Of a DNA stretch of 64,000 nt, positions 1 through 14,064 are shown one piece after another; position 1 is the stretch's first letter; each line of letters opens with the position of its first letter. A model generated the notes under the pieces. It did not search any database, was not told the origin of the DNA, and saw only the letters and a list, made by a program, of their open reading frames with translations. The stretch is from Octopus bimaculoides. Taxonomy: Eukaryota. Both the position numbers and the translations under genes were made by a program. The stretch is taken from NCBI RefSeq assembly GCF_001194135.2, contig NC_068991.1:44601961-44665960 (forward strand), written 5' to 3'.

Positions 1-143
1 ATATATATATATATGTACATATACATATATACATTAACATAATTATATGTATATATAACTATAAAATGATATATATAATTGTATGATTATACATACATGA
101 CTATATAAACAAACACGCACACATATATGTAATTATATATACT

Positions 144-205
<62 letters not shown>

Positions 206-337
206 AAAGCATTTTCCTATCTGTCTGTATATATGTATTTACAATATACAAATTTTAGTGGTATACAAATTGTATATATGAATTAAAGAAGTAGTTAGAA
301 GTCAGAGAAATAATTTTCATTATTGCTTATCCTCATA

Positions 338-590
338 GAGTGAAGTCATGTGGCCTTGTGTTTAGGATGTTTCACTCATGATTGTAAGGTTTCCATTTTA
401 ATTCCCCGATTGGGTATTGTATTCTTTTTGAGGAAGAACACATAATTTCAAGTTGTTCAGTCTACTCAACTGTAAATGAGTTCAGGCAATAATTGTGAAG
501 TTGACTTCCAATGGGCCAGCATCCTGTTCAAGGTGGAATGTTCTAATCTCTGTTACTTATATGCCAAGTGAACCAGGTTTAGCTTCAGTT
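338..590 (+). mobile_element. Decayed tRNA-derived SINE
   Basis: tRNA-like head (tggccttgtgtttag ... aattcccc) followed by caactgtaaatgag and gggccagcatcctgttcaagg blocks resembling SINE core regions. Confidence 0.5.
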
Positions 591-1744
591 TTATGAGTCC
601 TAGGGCCTCAATATTTTATTCTTTTAGCATTTTCATTCCAATTGGAAATTTTCTAAATTTGTGGAACATTAAATATATTGCTTTACATATGTGTGTGAGG
701 AATGTCAGCTGTTTGTTAAAAAATATCAAATGTCAGGAATTCAAATATTTTTTTATAAGCTCGTTTGCTTGGGTCTTGGAGTTTGGAGTGAGAACAAAGA
801 ATGTTTGAGAGTAACCACTTAAAATGTTTGGCCACCTGTGAATTGTTTTGAATTTATATGTTTGTGCATGTGTGTATGGTGAATGTTTAAACATAATTTT
901 GGGGGATGGTTGCTTTTTTAAAGCTGTTTGGGTGGCATTTATGTCCAAAAAGGCAAGCTGTTTATTGATTTCAGTGCATATAAAGAAATTTCAACTATTT
1001 ATTAAAAAAGAAGAGAGAAAGGACAAAAGAATTCTGAGTGATTGTTTTGATAAAAATCAGTTCAGAAAAGTGTAGCTATTTATTAATTTCAATAAACTGT
1101 TAAAATTAATTTATTGAATAAATCTCTTTAAATATGTATAATTATGTCTATGAATGTATATTTATAATTTTATGTAGGAATATATATATGTGTGCGTATA
1201 CATATCTACATATATAAACTTTAGGTTATTTCAAATATATTTGTGACATATTTTAACATCTAAAGGTAATTTCACTGGAGTTTACTACAGAGTGGCCTTG
1301 AGGTGATGATCATAGGTGCATTAGGCTATGTAACTACAAATTTATACAAAACTTAGAAATACTAAGTGTTTTTGTAGAAAGAGCAAAAGAAACTGAGGCA
1401 AATTCTCCAAATCTAATCTATTAGTGACACAGTTAAAATTTGTAAAACTTTCCAAAAATTCTTAATCCGTTATTCTTTAGGTGAAAAGAGGCACACACTT
1501 GGGTGTGTGCATTGACAACTCAACCAACACACCAACCCAACCACATATTTACAAACACCGGGAACTCTCTCAACTCAAAAAGACTTGTAGCTTTGTTAGC
1601 AACCAGCTTCATCTCTCTCAAGAACTTAAATAAAACTCAAAGAAAAATATATGTTCTTCTCATTGTTGTTTCTCTTGTCTGCCTTTGTATCATCTATCTG
1701 TCCAAATGTTTTAACGACCTCTATTGTGTTTTGTTCCATTTATA

Positions 1745-2105
1745 TCATCATCATCATCATCGTTTAACTTCCACTTTCCCTGCTAGCATGGGTTGGACGA
1801 TTTGACTGAGGACTGGTGAAACCAGATGGCTACACCAGGCTCCAATCTGATTTGGCAGAGTTTCTACAGCTGGATGCCTTCCTAATGCCAACCACTCCGA
1901 GAGTGTAGTGGGTGCTTTTACATGCCACCGGCACGAAGGCCAGTCATGAGGTATTGGCAACGGCCATGCTCGAAATGGTGTATTTTACGTGCCACCTGCA
2001 CAGGAGCCAGTCCAGCGGCACTGGCAACGATCTTGCTCGAATGTCTTTACATGTGCCACCAGCACAAGTGCCAGGAATGCGACGCTGAGCACAGGTGCTA
2101 AGAGC
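1745..2105 (-). mobile_element. RTE LINE 3'-end copy (or SINE sharing its tail) with (GAT)n tail
   Basis: Reverse complement aligns closely by eye with 36700-37057. Starts on + with (cat)n and includes ~60-nt ggcacc/gccagt units. Confidence 0.85.
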
Positions 2106-2146
2106 TGAGAGTTTTGTACATTGGCACTTATCACATATATATATAT

Positions 2147-2189
<43 letters not shown>

Positions 2190-2311
2190 TTTGTAATGTA
2201 ATATATGGATTCATAGAAGTCTCTTTCATTGTTCCAAGCATTTCAGTCATAAATAATAATCCTAACTTGGACAGACAAAAATTTATCAATGAGGAAGGGC
2301 TCTAAGCAATT

Positions 2312-3100
2312 GCTTGACACACAAGAAATAGCAGCTTAATCTCCCTTCCCCCAAATTTCTTGTCTAAAAAATACAATGGAGAACGTGACTTTGTATATAC
2401 TATGTGTCAAAATAAATAAATAAATAAATAAGTAAATAAGTCAGAAAAAATCCAAAAACAGGATTGTGGTTGGAACATCTTTCATCATATGTTTACTTGG
2501 TCAGGTTTAACCAACAGCAATAACTCTCAGTAGCTTGATGATTCTCAAAAAAGCTCATATCTTTTACACTATAAAAGTACAGTGCTTGACTTTTATTTTC
2601 AAAATCTAAATACTACTTTGAGGTGACTTGGAAGTTAGACGTTTTTGAGTTTCCACCATCCCTGTCTTAGTTAAGGTTTTTGTTTATATAGTCCTTGCTT
2701 TGAAATCACCAGGCCACTCACCAATGATTGTGAAAAACGTTTGTAACACACTAAGTAGTATTTATAACTTTTCTGGCTAGCTGTTTTACTAGCTTGGACA
2801 ATGTCATTTTGGTCTTTGGTCATTAGTCCTATCTAACTACTAGATGTTTAGTTGGGATAGGTGAGAGGCTTCCTATGTTTGCTGTTTAGCCCCCAGATCT
2901 ACCCTGATCAAAAGGACAAAAAAAAAAAACTACAAAAAAAAAACTTATAGACAAAGGCATACTAACCATGATCATTCAAACATCCTATATCTTTTAGAAT
3001 CATCTAGGTCTTCATTATTTAGTGTGAGTCAGCCACATCTTTTAAGAGGATGGAGTATGATTTGAAGGAGATTTGACTGCAATTTCTAGCAGGTTGAACT
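2312..3100. mobile_element. MITE-like repeat with diverged inverted termini
   Basis: aagaaatagcagcttaatctccc at 2323 is the inverse of tttgaaggagatttgactgcaatttctag at 3061-3089. A related left end occurs at 63180-63300. Confidence 0.45.
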
Positions 3101-3986
3101 ATTACATAAATGTTTTCTCTGACTCCTGGAGTTATATTTCCTCTTTATTTCTTACATTACAAACATAATTTATATGAATATCAGTCCTTTCTGATATTCC
3201 TTCATGATAATCTGGTATAGCAATGAAATTTTTGTGATTTATATTTTCACTGCTTAAGTGTGGACAATTTGCAAATGTGTGTGTTTGTGTGTGTATGTGT
3301 GTTAATAATTTTCTGAGTCATTAGGTCACTTCTAAAGAAAATGCCAAAATAACCTTATTTTCTCTCATAGATTACCAGGCTCTAAGACAAAAATGCATAA
3401 CAATGTCAATTTTCAAACAATTTGACAATCATTATTGAAATGATAGCTACCTCCCAGCAAGGCAAACTAAAGGATATTTAATAAAGACCAATATGGATGT
3501 TATTTATTTCAATCTTTCAATTAATGAAGCAAAACTAAAACATGGAAATTTGCTTGTTTTCCCACAAGATGGAATACAAAGAAGAAAAAAGCAAATAAAT
3601 CTAACAAAAAAAGAAAAAGAAGTGGAGAGGTATTTCTTTTCAGCCCAAACAATACAGCAATGTGTAAGGAGAGCTACATGTGGATAATAACACTGAATAG
3701 ATTGAACTAGCTAAATTGAGCCAGTAGTGGAAATAATAACAAGGCTATTTCTAATTAAATTCAGTAGAATAATATTTTTTGTTTAGTAAAGGAAGTTTTA
3801 GTCTAAATTTACCAGAGCACTAACTGGATCAATGAGGCAGATTATCAATAAACTGTGTTGGTGCAATTTTTTCTCTTTTACAGTAATATTTCTTTTTATC
3901 AGATACTCATAAATTAACTCATTTTCATATATAAAGAAAAGAAAATGGTGAACTGACTGAAATGTGAATAAATAAATTGACAAATG

Positions 3987-4024
<38 letters not shown>

Positions 4025-4919
4025 AATTGTCCTATTTATGAATTGGTATCTAGAAGTGAAAATATATCTAAATACATTCATACAAACACACAACACATGC
4101 ACTAACATAGTGCTTATCAAAAATGACAAGTAGGTATCTGAGTTTAGAATAAATTATATAATCATAATGTGTGCAAAAAGAGCCAAACAGTGACACTGCT
4201 TTATATATAGAAAGATATAGATACAGCTAACCCAAAAGTAGAAGAGAAAGAAAACATAGCTATCAATGTGTGTGTGTCAGGTCAGTTAGAAAAATAAACT
4301 CTCATTCTTGGCAATAGCTTTATCTACCAATTTATCTATTAACGTGTGTGTGTGTGAGTGTGTTAATTACAATTACAACCGTAAGAAACTGATGATCTTC
4401 ATTCAAGTTTGGATTTCTAAAATATTATTGTAGAAAGAGGATTATCAACTTAGCTTTATGACAAAATTCATTTAATACAAGCTCTTGTGCACATATGTAT
4501 GTGTGTTTGTGTGTGTGCATGTGTCAATGTGTGTGCGCATGGCTGTATGCATGTTTCTAAGTAGTACATGTGTATCTTTATATATTCACATATGTTTCTG
4601 CAGTGGGACAGAACCTACAAAGTAACATAAGTTTAGCACATTTAATTCTCAATACTAACATGGGAGAGGTGATTTTTGAAAATATGGATATTTGTGTATT
4701 ATTTACTGTTTACCCTTTCTAATGCCAACCACACAGCTACACAGCAAAAGTAGACACTATAGACATGCAGGTGGAAAAAACAAAAATAATGCTTTGCCTT
4801 GGTAAGAGGTATAACAATCACTATCAACCTTTTTAAGTAACCTTAACTCATATTCATTTGATTAGTAGTTCAATACATTCACCTCAGCCCTAGAACCTTT
4901 TATATATTTGTGTGTGCAT

Positions 4920-4955
<36 letters not shown>

Positions 4956-5838
4956 TAAATGCAAAAATGATATAATAGTATACACTTACATATGTGTGTG
5001 TGTATGTGCATATACACACACACACTCAAGTGGCTTTACATTTCTTTTTCTAAACATTTAAATGTAATTTTCAATATATCTTATTTACATTAATTATAAC
5101 TATTATCTTATTTTTTAAAGACATATTATTAATATTCTGAAAATTGATTTAAAAAAACCCAGAGTTGATGTGTGTGTGTGTGTGTGTGTGCTCGTGCACA
5201 TGCATGCATTTGTGAATTTGTACATAAATGTTTGCATGAATGATAAATCTAAAACCAAATTGATGAAAAAAATCATGCTATCATAAATATCTAGCAGTCT
5301 GTCATGAAATCGATTTGACTTTAAGGTTGTAGTTGTTGTGGTAGTATTGTATATGAACTGTATTAGGATAAGTAACAGTAATTGTAGCTAACTGAATATT
5401 GTAGTATGAGCATTAAATGTTAAAACTAGCAACAGTAGAAGCAGTGCCAATAAAGTGCCACTGGATATTTACATGCAAAAAGATTTTAGTGACTGGAAAC
5501 ACAGTTCTTCTAACCAGAAATACATACATTCATACATACGTATGTACATATGTAGGTATGCATTTATGTGCATGTGTATGTATAAATTAACTACATATAC
5601 CACACACACTCACATGCGTAGATATATGTGAGTCTGTGTGAGTTACTATTTTGAGCTTCTTGTTCCAGATCCTCAGAGGATTTATAAGATGTTTATATAC
5701 ACAAAACTGTCTACAGGAAACAACTGACACTGACTCAAATTTGAATAAATATTATTCCACTCTTCTTAACACTTTTGAGTAGATTCACTAAATTGATACA
5801 ATCATTCTAATACAATCATCCATTTTGTATATATAGAC

Positions 5839-5901
<63 letters not shown>

Positions 5902-7570
5902 NNNNNNNNNNNNNNNNNNNNNNNNNNNNNNNNNNNNNNNNNNNNNNNNNNNNNNNNNNNNNNTGTGTATGTGTGTGTGTGTGTGTGTGTGCGTGTGTGT
6001 GTGCATGCATGTAAATAGAATAAAAGAATAGACAAGCAAGCTACAGGTACTGAATCAGATTATAACATATTTATACAAAATCTAGTGAAAAACAAATGCA
6101 TAAAGGAGTATAAAAATCAGGAAGTCAGTAAAAATTTGATTATGGGATGTTCTTAAAAGTTGCAATGTAATCAGGTAGAATTATAGGAAAAGGCAGAAGA
6201 TAAGTCCATAGTATTGATATGAGATATTTTGGCATGCAGATGAAGGTTATCACAAGGACAGTCTTGAAACTGAAAGAAAAATATGCTGTGCAGAATAATC
6301 CTTACAGCTGTTTCAACAATTGTTGTATAATTGGTGCAATTTTCTGCATCCAAATCTTTGTGGCAACCAATTCTATCTTTAGAAGGATAATGGGTAGAAA
6401 CTCACTAAAGAAATGAATATATAAAGGGAGAGGCAGATTTATAGAAGTGAGCATACATGAAGAGGGGCAGATTTATTAAGGTTAAAACTAGAGGAAGATA
6501 TGTAAGTAAGTGCCACCATTAAGTTTAAGTGTCAATATTTAACTCACCTTAACTTATTTATTTCTGCAAAAACACAAAAATCTATCTCACTAGCTAACTG
6601 CATAAATAAATAATAAAGAATAATAGTATACCATATAGTATTACTTGGACTCTCATTGATACTGGAATGCCATATCAGAGCAATAATGCTCATGCAATTT
6701 ATGCTTGAAAGGGTCTATGCAGATCTTAATGCATAACCTCATTACCTATCAAATTGTCAGAAAAGCTATTACCACTTGTGTTCAGATTCTTTGAAACTTT
6801 CCAATTTTATCATAGATCAAAGTGTCCTGCCATAAATATATTCACACAACTCATATCCACATAAATACTAGGCTCCTTCATTAACTAACTGCCACATATC
6901 TTCCTCCATTTCTCACATTAAACAATACTTGATTCTTATTTCTCTTACCTACATTTTGAAATCCTTATTGACCAAACCCCTCAAAGCAATAAATTATACC
7001 ATACACATTATCCTACTTTCCTTGATTTAATAAATTGCTGCATACTTCATATGAACTTTTTACCATTGGTCTAGACCTACCACACAGATAGCTCATCTGA
7101 ATTTATATATATATATATATATATATATGTCATCTTTTAGTATCCTACTCCACATCCCATTAACTTTAAGTTCTATATCACACTTCACCACCTCCTGACA
7201 GACTGGCCAAACTAATAACCCCTAATCCTCCCCACTTCACAGCTACACTTCTATGTCCCATCCTTCCCATATCATCTCCATGAGTACATCTAGCTCCTAT
7301 CTATATAATCACATAGCATTTCTTATTTACATATCTTCCTCTGGATTTAGACCTTAATAAATCTGCTCCTCCTCATTTATATTCATTTCTTCAACAAGCT
7401 TCAATCCACTAACCTTCCAAAGATGGAATAGGTTGCTATAAAATTAGGATGCAGGTAACATACAGAGAACTGTATCAATTATGCACCATTCTTGAAACAA
7501 CTGTGAAGGAAATCTGCACAACATTTTTCTTTCAGTTCCAAACTATGTCATATCAATACTATAGACTTAC

Positions 7571-7594
7571 CTTCTGCCTCTTCCTGGAGTCTAC
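7571..7594 (-). CDS. Nav1: Candidate Nav exon 11, 24-nt microexon VDSRKRQK (alternative in-frame acceptor at 7609 gives LQCKQVDSRKRQK)
   Basis: Consensus donor AAG|GTAAGT at 7570, AG at 7596-7595, phase 0/0, purine-rich. Supported only by splice signals and frame. Confidence 0.55.
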
Positions 7595-7956
7595 CTGTTT
7601 ACATTGCAACTATTAAGAACTTCACATAATGGAACTTTTACTGACCTCCTACTATTTATACTCTTTTATGCATTTAGATTTTTCTCTGTATGGTGTATGA
7701 ACATGACAAAATATGATTCAGTACCTGTTGTTTGCCTGTCTTTTTGTTCTGTTATACACATACCAACTATATTGATACATTGCCTATAGCTAGTTTCACT
7801 TAGGCAGCAACCACATCCATAAATTTGAAGTTGGAGTTTAGGCACAAATTTGACTTAAGCACTAATTGCATGTACCTATTATCTTACATCATTTGACATT
7901 GTATTACACACAAATCTGATATATATATACACACACACACATACACCCACATTATA

Positions 7957-7997
<41 letters not shown>

Positions 7998-8423
7998 TCA
8001 TACATAGATATATATGTATATATTACATATGTTTACAAATACAAATTCTATTGAAATTCTTACACTCATGTATGTATTTATGTATTTAGTATTTGAATGT
8101 GAATTAAGCATACATATCCACACATGCAAACACATATATGCACCCATTTTTGTGTACCGTTGTATATCCTCAAGCAACATACATTTGTGTGTAAATGTGT
8201 TTGTGTCTATATCTAAATGTTACTGCTTGATTACAAAGTCATATTTGTTGATGATGATAGTAGTAGTAATAATAATAATAATAATAATGTGTCATGCTTT
8301 GGCCATTTTAATAAAAATGCAATACTGAAATAATGTATAGTAAAAAAAATCAGATATATTTCCATTTTTCAAGTAGCTAAAAAAATACATGCAGGTAACT
8401 TCCCAGAAGCTGTAGAAAAACAT

Positions 8424-8710
<287 letters not shown>

Positions 8711-9282
8711 AGATTATGACAATAGAAATATTATTAATAATAATGATAATGTACAGTAATGTGATGGTGATAATAATAATAGTAGTGATAATGATAGTGG
8801 TGATAGTGATAATGGTGGTAGTGATTGCAGTGTATATTCTTCAGTGTAACAAGCTACTGCTTTCTTCTTTATTTCAGAAACATTTATGTCTATCCAATTT
8901 GGAAAGGCATTTTTTGTTTCTGATTTTTCTATAAAGCAACAGACCTGTTATCTTTAATAATTATTCAATTTCAGTGGGAAGTGCCAACAAACAAGGTTAA
9001 ATTTTGTGTAACATTACTTTTTTAAAGATCTCTCTTCCATTTTTTTAAAAGAAAAGAAATATGCTTCAATTCCTTATCAAACTGGATAATAATAATGATT
9101 AAAAAGAAAACAACATAAATAAAGAATTTGGTGAGTGAGAGAGGAATAAAAAAAAAATCAGAAAAGGGTATGCTTTTTGAAAAGAATATGTGAAGGTGTA
9201 TCATGAATTGATACATAAACCTTTGCAGACTATCAAAGTCATATTTGCTGATTAAAGTAATTTGTAATCTACAAAATCTTAC

Positions 9283-9495
9283 CCTTTTACTTTTTCCAGA
9301 GAGCTTTACACTAAGCTTCCGCTTAACATCGCTCCCTGCCTCTGAGTGGATACTCATGCGATCACTCAAGTCTCCTTTGTCTGCAGCATCCACTGTGACA
9401 GCAGGCAGTTCGACACTTTTACATGAATAGTCTGATGTACTGCGAACTATTGCCTCTTCTCTACTTTTCTCTTCACACTGTTTCTCTTCTTCTTG
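9283..9495 (-). CDS. Nav1: Nav exon 10 (I-II linker: QEEEKQCEEKSREEAIVRSTSDYSCKSVELPAVTVDAADKGDLSDRMSIHSEAGSDVKRKLSVKLSGKSKR), 213 nt
   Basis: Acceptor aaactttcacag, 71 open codons in phase 0 continuing the acidic stretch of exon 9, GC-richer than flanks, donor AGG|GTAAGA. Confidence 0.88.
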
Positions 9496-9612
9496 CTGTG
9501 AAAGTTTAATGTTAGTATCAAATTTTACTTGTCGTTACAGTAAAGAAATAAAACAGTAATAAAAAAACTATATATATATATATATATATAGATATATATA
9601 TATGTATATGTG

Positions 9613-9643
<31 letters not shown>

Positions 9644-9854
9644 ATGGCGAATAAATTTTTCAGTATGCAGAATTCTAAGATAGAACCAAAATGGATTAGT
9701 TGGTGCAACAGTTTCAATTTATAGGTATATATTGCATGATATACACCCATAAAAACAAAGTACATGAATTAGGTTTGAATACAAGATGGATATTAAGGCA
9801 AGATCTCTGAGGATAAAGTTAATTATTCTGTTAGTTATGACATTAGTATTATCA

Positions 9855-9885
<31 letters not shown>

Positions 9886-10810
9886 TATTATTATTATCAA
9901 TAATAATATTATTAAGGAAAAGAAACATTCAGTTTAGAATAAGTGAAATTGTTCACTGCTTTCCAAAGAAGTTAATTTGAACTGATGGCCAAGGATTCAC
10001 AAATGAAATATAATTCATATCTGCACAAAACTTGGAAATAGTTCAAGACAAGTTTTAAGAATGACTTTTCACTTGTCATTTGATATCAAGAGTGTTAGAA
10101 GAGATTATTCAAATGATGGGGAGGAGGCTATAAAAAAGATAGCCAATAATAATAATAATTAATAAAACATTGTTATAGCTTTTAGTTTCTCTTTTTAATT
10201 CTTTCTTTCTTAAAATGAAGTCTATGAAATCTTCCTTAGACTCAAAATATAGTGGTGTACCTTTTCAATATATAGTCCATATCTTATAGCATAAATTTAA
10301 TGAATGTATCTCCCATAACAAAGTACCTTGTGTTAAGGAATAGCTTACAACTGTCTAAAAAGTTTATCACATTAAATAATAGAAAAATTCATATTTAACA
10401 ATAATTGTTATCATTATTATTATAATTTTATGAGCATTTTATTTTATTTTAATTTTTTTTCCTTGGTGGCATAATTACAATTGCTTTTATAAATTCACAT
10501 ATTTAGATATTGTTGAAATAATTACTTTTTATATCTAACCTCTTGCCTTTGAAGTTCATTAAAATTTAAAGTTGAAATTCTATTTCAGTATCTGCAAAGG
10601 ATTTTTCAGCTTGTTATGTAAATTAATCAAATCAGGTATTAGAGATAGATGTTTAAAAATATATTCTTTCTTTTTTTAAAATTTTATTTTATATTGCAAT
10701 TAAAAAAAAATAGCACTATCGATTATAGCTTTCCAGTGAGCTGCTCATTGGTTTACTGTATTTCTGACAATGAGAAATATGGAAGAACCTATAACTCAGT
10801 GGACTTCATT

Positions 10811-10864
<54 letters not shown>

Positions 10865-10944
10865 CACGCACACACACACACACATGCACACACACACACA
10901 CACACCATAGAGTTAAACATGGTTTCCAAATTCCACTCATAAGA

Positions 10945-11058
10945 TATTGGTCAACCTGACACAATGATAAAAGATACTTGCTAAAAGTGCAGCAAAGTGG
11001 GATTGAAACCAGAAACTCATGGTTACAAAGAAAACATCTTAATCACAAAGCCATACCA
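10945..11058 (-). mobile_element. tRNA-derived SINE 5' fragment
   Basis: Reverse strand reads ggtatggctttgtgattaagatg...ggtttcaatcccactttgc (A/B-box-like), then caagtatctttt. Confidence 0.55.
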
Positions 11059-12366
11059 GATCTCTGTATTTCCAGTCACCACATAAAACACTTCAATGCA
11101 CTACCTCACATTAAAAAACTTGCATTTTTGAGTTATTTATCATAGAGAGTTTAATCTTTTAATCATGGAACATTCAGTTTATTTATGTAAAAATTATAAA
11201 TCAACTAAACTGAAGCAGAAAAATGAATTTCTCTATTATTTTCTTAAAAAACAAAACAAACAATAATTTTAAATTCTTCTAGAATTTTTGAAATCTGATA
11301 GACATCCATTATTAGATTTAACATTACTTAAATAAGGTTTACTTGACTTTTTGACCTAAGATTTACCTAATTTTATAAACCCAATAAAATCTGTGAAATG
11401 TGGATCTTGTTTAACTGTTATAATTTTAATAAAGTCTGATTGTTTAAGCATATTTAATGTTTATACTGGGCATCTATATGATTCTAAATGTTTCTCTCAA
11501 TAAAGATCTTTTCTATCAGTTCAAAGCAGTGCTTTTTAAGTAATTCTTTTCAAATCCAAGCTAAATTTAGATACAGAAGTTAGTGATTACAAAATTAACA
11601 TCAGGAGTATCAAAAAGATAACTAGAAATAATTATGTGGTGATGACAACTAACAATACACAATGAGTAATATATTTTAATCATTGTGGCATATACAAGAG
11701 AAAATGCTGTTTGGTCTTATTATGAACTCATCAGCAAAACATAGACTTCACTTGCTGCAGTAATGATGGAAGAATCACTAAAATGTACAAATAGTACAAT
11801 TATGGCTTAGAAGAACAGAACTGTCTTGAAACTAAATAACTCAGAGATGTCATCTGCATGAAAACAATACTTAGTATTAACATATTTAATGTAAGTAGCA
11901 TTAAAAATAACCATCTGGAAATAATAGTGCAGTGAGGAAAAAATATTAGTTAATATTGTTTTAAATTATTGAAGCAAATATGAGAGACCACTCTTATGTT
12001 TTGGTCACATAATGTCCTCACTAGTGAAGCACAAGCTTCACTGTACTTACTGAAGAAGTGATAGAAAATTCACAAAGTACAAGATTGTACACTGGTTGAT
12101 TTAGAAAAATAAAATAAACAATAAATAAAAAGCAAGCAAGTACTTGTTAAAAAAAAAATGTTTATTCTCTTACAAGATCTTTTATATGATATATACAAGA
12201 ATTACTAGCTTAGCCTTGGTGGCAAACTAAAAATGATGTTCAGTATTGGAGTTGAACAGTAATTGATTAACCTCTCTGAGATTAAGATTATTAGATCAAT
12301 ATAAATTCTTCTATGGAAGTCAATCTTTATCATCTCTGCTATCCACACAGACATACACACACACAT

Positions 12367-12413
<47 letters not shown>

Positions 12414-12519
12414 AGGAAGACAGACTCTACACCACACTCAGAAACAATACAAAACACTGGATAATAAACTACTTGTCTGTTTGTTAAGTGTAGGTAGTAT
12501 ACAAGAACAATACTTGTAA

Positions 12520-13330
12520 AATTTAGCTATTCCTTGAAATGGAGTGCCATAGGGATCTGTCCTCTGACTCATGCTTCCATAGAATATACACAAACTCATA
12601 TGTAGATGACATCACACTCACATCCACCTACAATTTTGCAGACACTTGTTTAATCACTAAAACTATATAAATCATCTAAAAACTTAGTTCCAAAATAAAC
12701 TTTTACTAGAACATACCATAACCAATGTCACCCTTATTGCCAATAACATCAGAGAACATCAAAATATATCCAACCATCACAATCAACAATATAAACACAC
12801 TACACACACACAGAAAATAAAAATATTAGAAATTAGATATTATACTGACACAATGTACACTATACACAAAGAAGACATAGTAAAGAAAGCTAAACAATGC
12901 ACAATCATACTTAATGCACTTATCAGTACCACATTTGGCTAACAGAAAGAAACAACAATAGTATACAAATACATTAAATTCTATCATGAACTATGCCAGC
13001 CCTACCTGAACCCTCAACTATACAGAAGAGCAAACAATGAACCATCATATGTTGTACACTGATCCCCTACACAATAAAGTAAAAATATTAGAAATAAAAG
13101 ATCACTTGGACATGCAAGGAGTAAAGTATATTACTGTAGAACATTTCAACCCCAGAAGTCTCTGCTACTACATTAAAAATCAATACCAAACACTCAAAGA
13201 CACATATATAACTTGCCATAACACTACTACAACAGTACCACAAAACATTAACTCTTCTACTGAACCCAGAAAATCATAAAATACATATAAACAAAGAAAT
13301 AGCCACACATCATTAACTTCACTAGCACTA
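12520..13330 (+). mobile_element. Decayed non-LTR retrotransposon RT and C-terminal fragment (CR1/L2/Jockey-like)
   Basis: GVP*GSVL at 12540, YVDDIT at about 12599, MNYASPT near 12986. Multiple stops and frameshifts. Confidence 0.65.
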
Positions 13331-14064
13331 AATATGTACTGGGATGTACATCAACAATAAATTGCACTCAAACAAGTCTACCTAGCATGCCACTACAGTG
13401 GCCACTGCAAGTCAGTACTGGAAAGAGCACAAACTTCCATGATAGTCGCACTGAATTTTATAAGTGAGAGGATGGATCTGTGGGTTGCACATTACTAGCC
13501 AACAAACTAACTGCATGCATATCTGCTTGATAAACACTGACCAGGAGCTACACAATAACAATATTCCAATCCTTTATAGCAGATATTTCACAATAGTAAC
13601 TAGTTAAGATGGGGAGCAAAAACAGCTTTCAGTGAGGAGGCAGGCAATTACATAAAACTATTAAGAAAATGTGGAAACACAAAATTCTCAAAACAGATGC
13701 GCACAACAATGATTGAATAATCTTTCACATTTTCTTTATCAACCTCATCAATCATGCTTTTTCAATCAGTAGTGAATGGTTTTCAACACAATTCAAAAAG
13801 TAAGACGTAGACAGCTGAGGTATAATCTATAAAAACATGTATAGGTTTGGTAAATTTTTATTCAAATCAAAGTTTGATAAAAATTTTAGTTTACATCAAA
13901 TAATCAACACAAGAACGATAATTGTAAAAAGAAAAGGCTGAACAGGACTAAGTAATGTTAAAATAAATACATGTTGGTGTATCTTCACAGTTCATCATCT
14001 CCTAACATTCAGCTTAATCCTTTTCTCTTGCTCCATAAAGAATATTCTCAAACTTTCCACTTCT

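Noticed and set aside
6640-7420. C/A-rich block resembling a very old LINE 3' region
   Set aside because: No diagnostic motif could be read with confidence, so it was not annotated.
1-7570. Search for the next linker exon (expected SLSLPGSPF-like motif)
   Set aside because: No matching frame with splice sites was found by eye. It probably lies beyond the left edge of the window.
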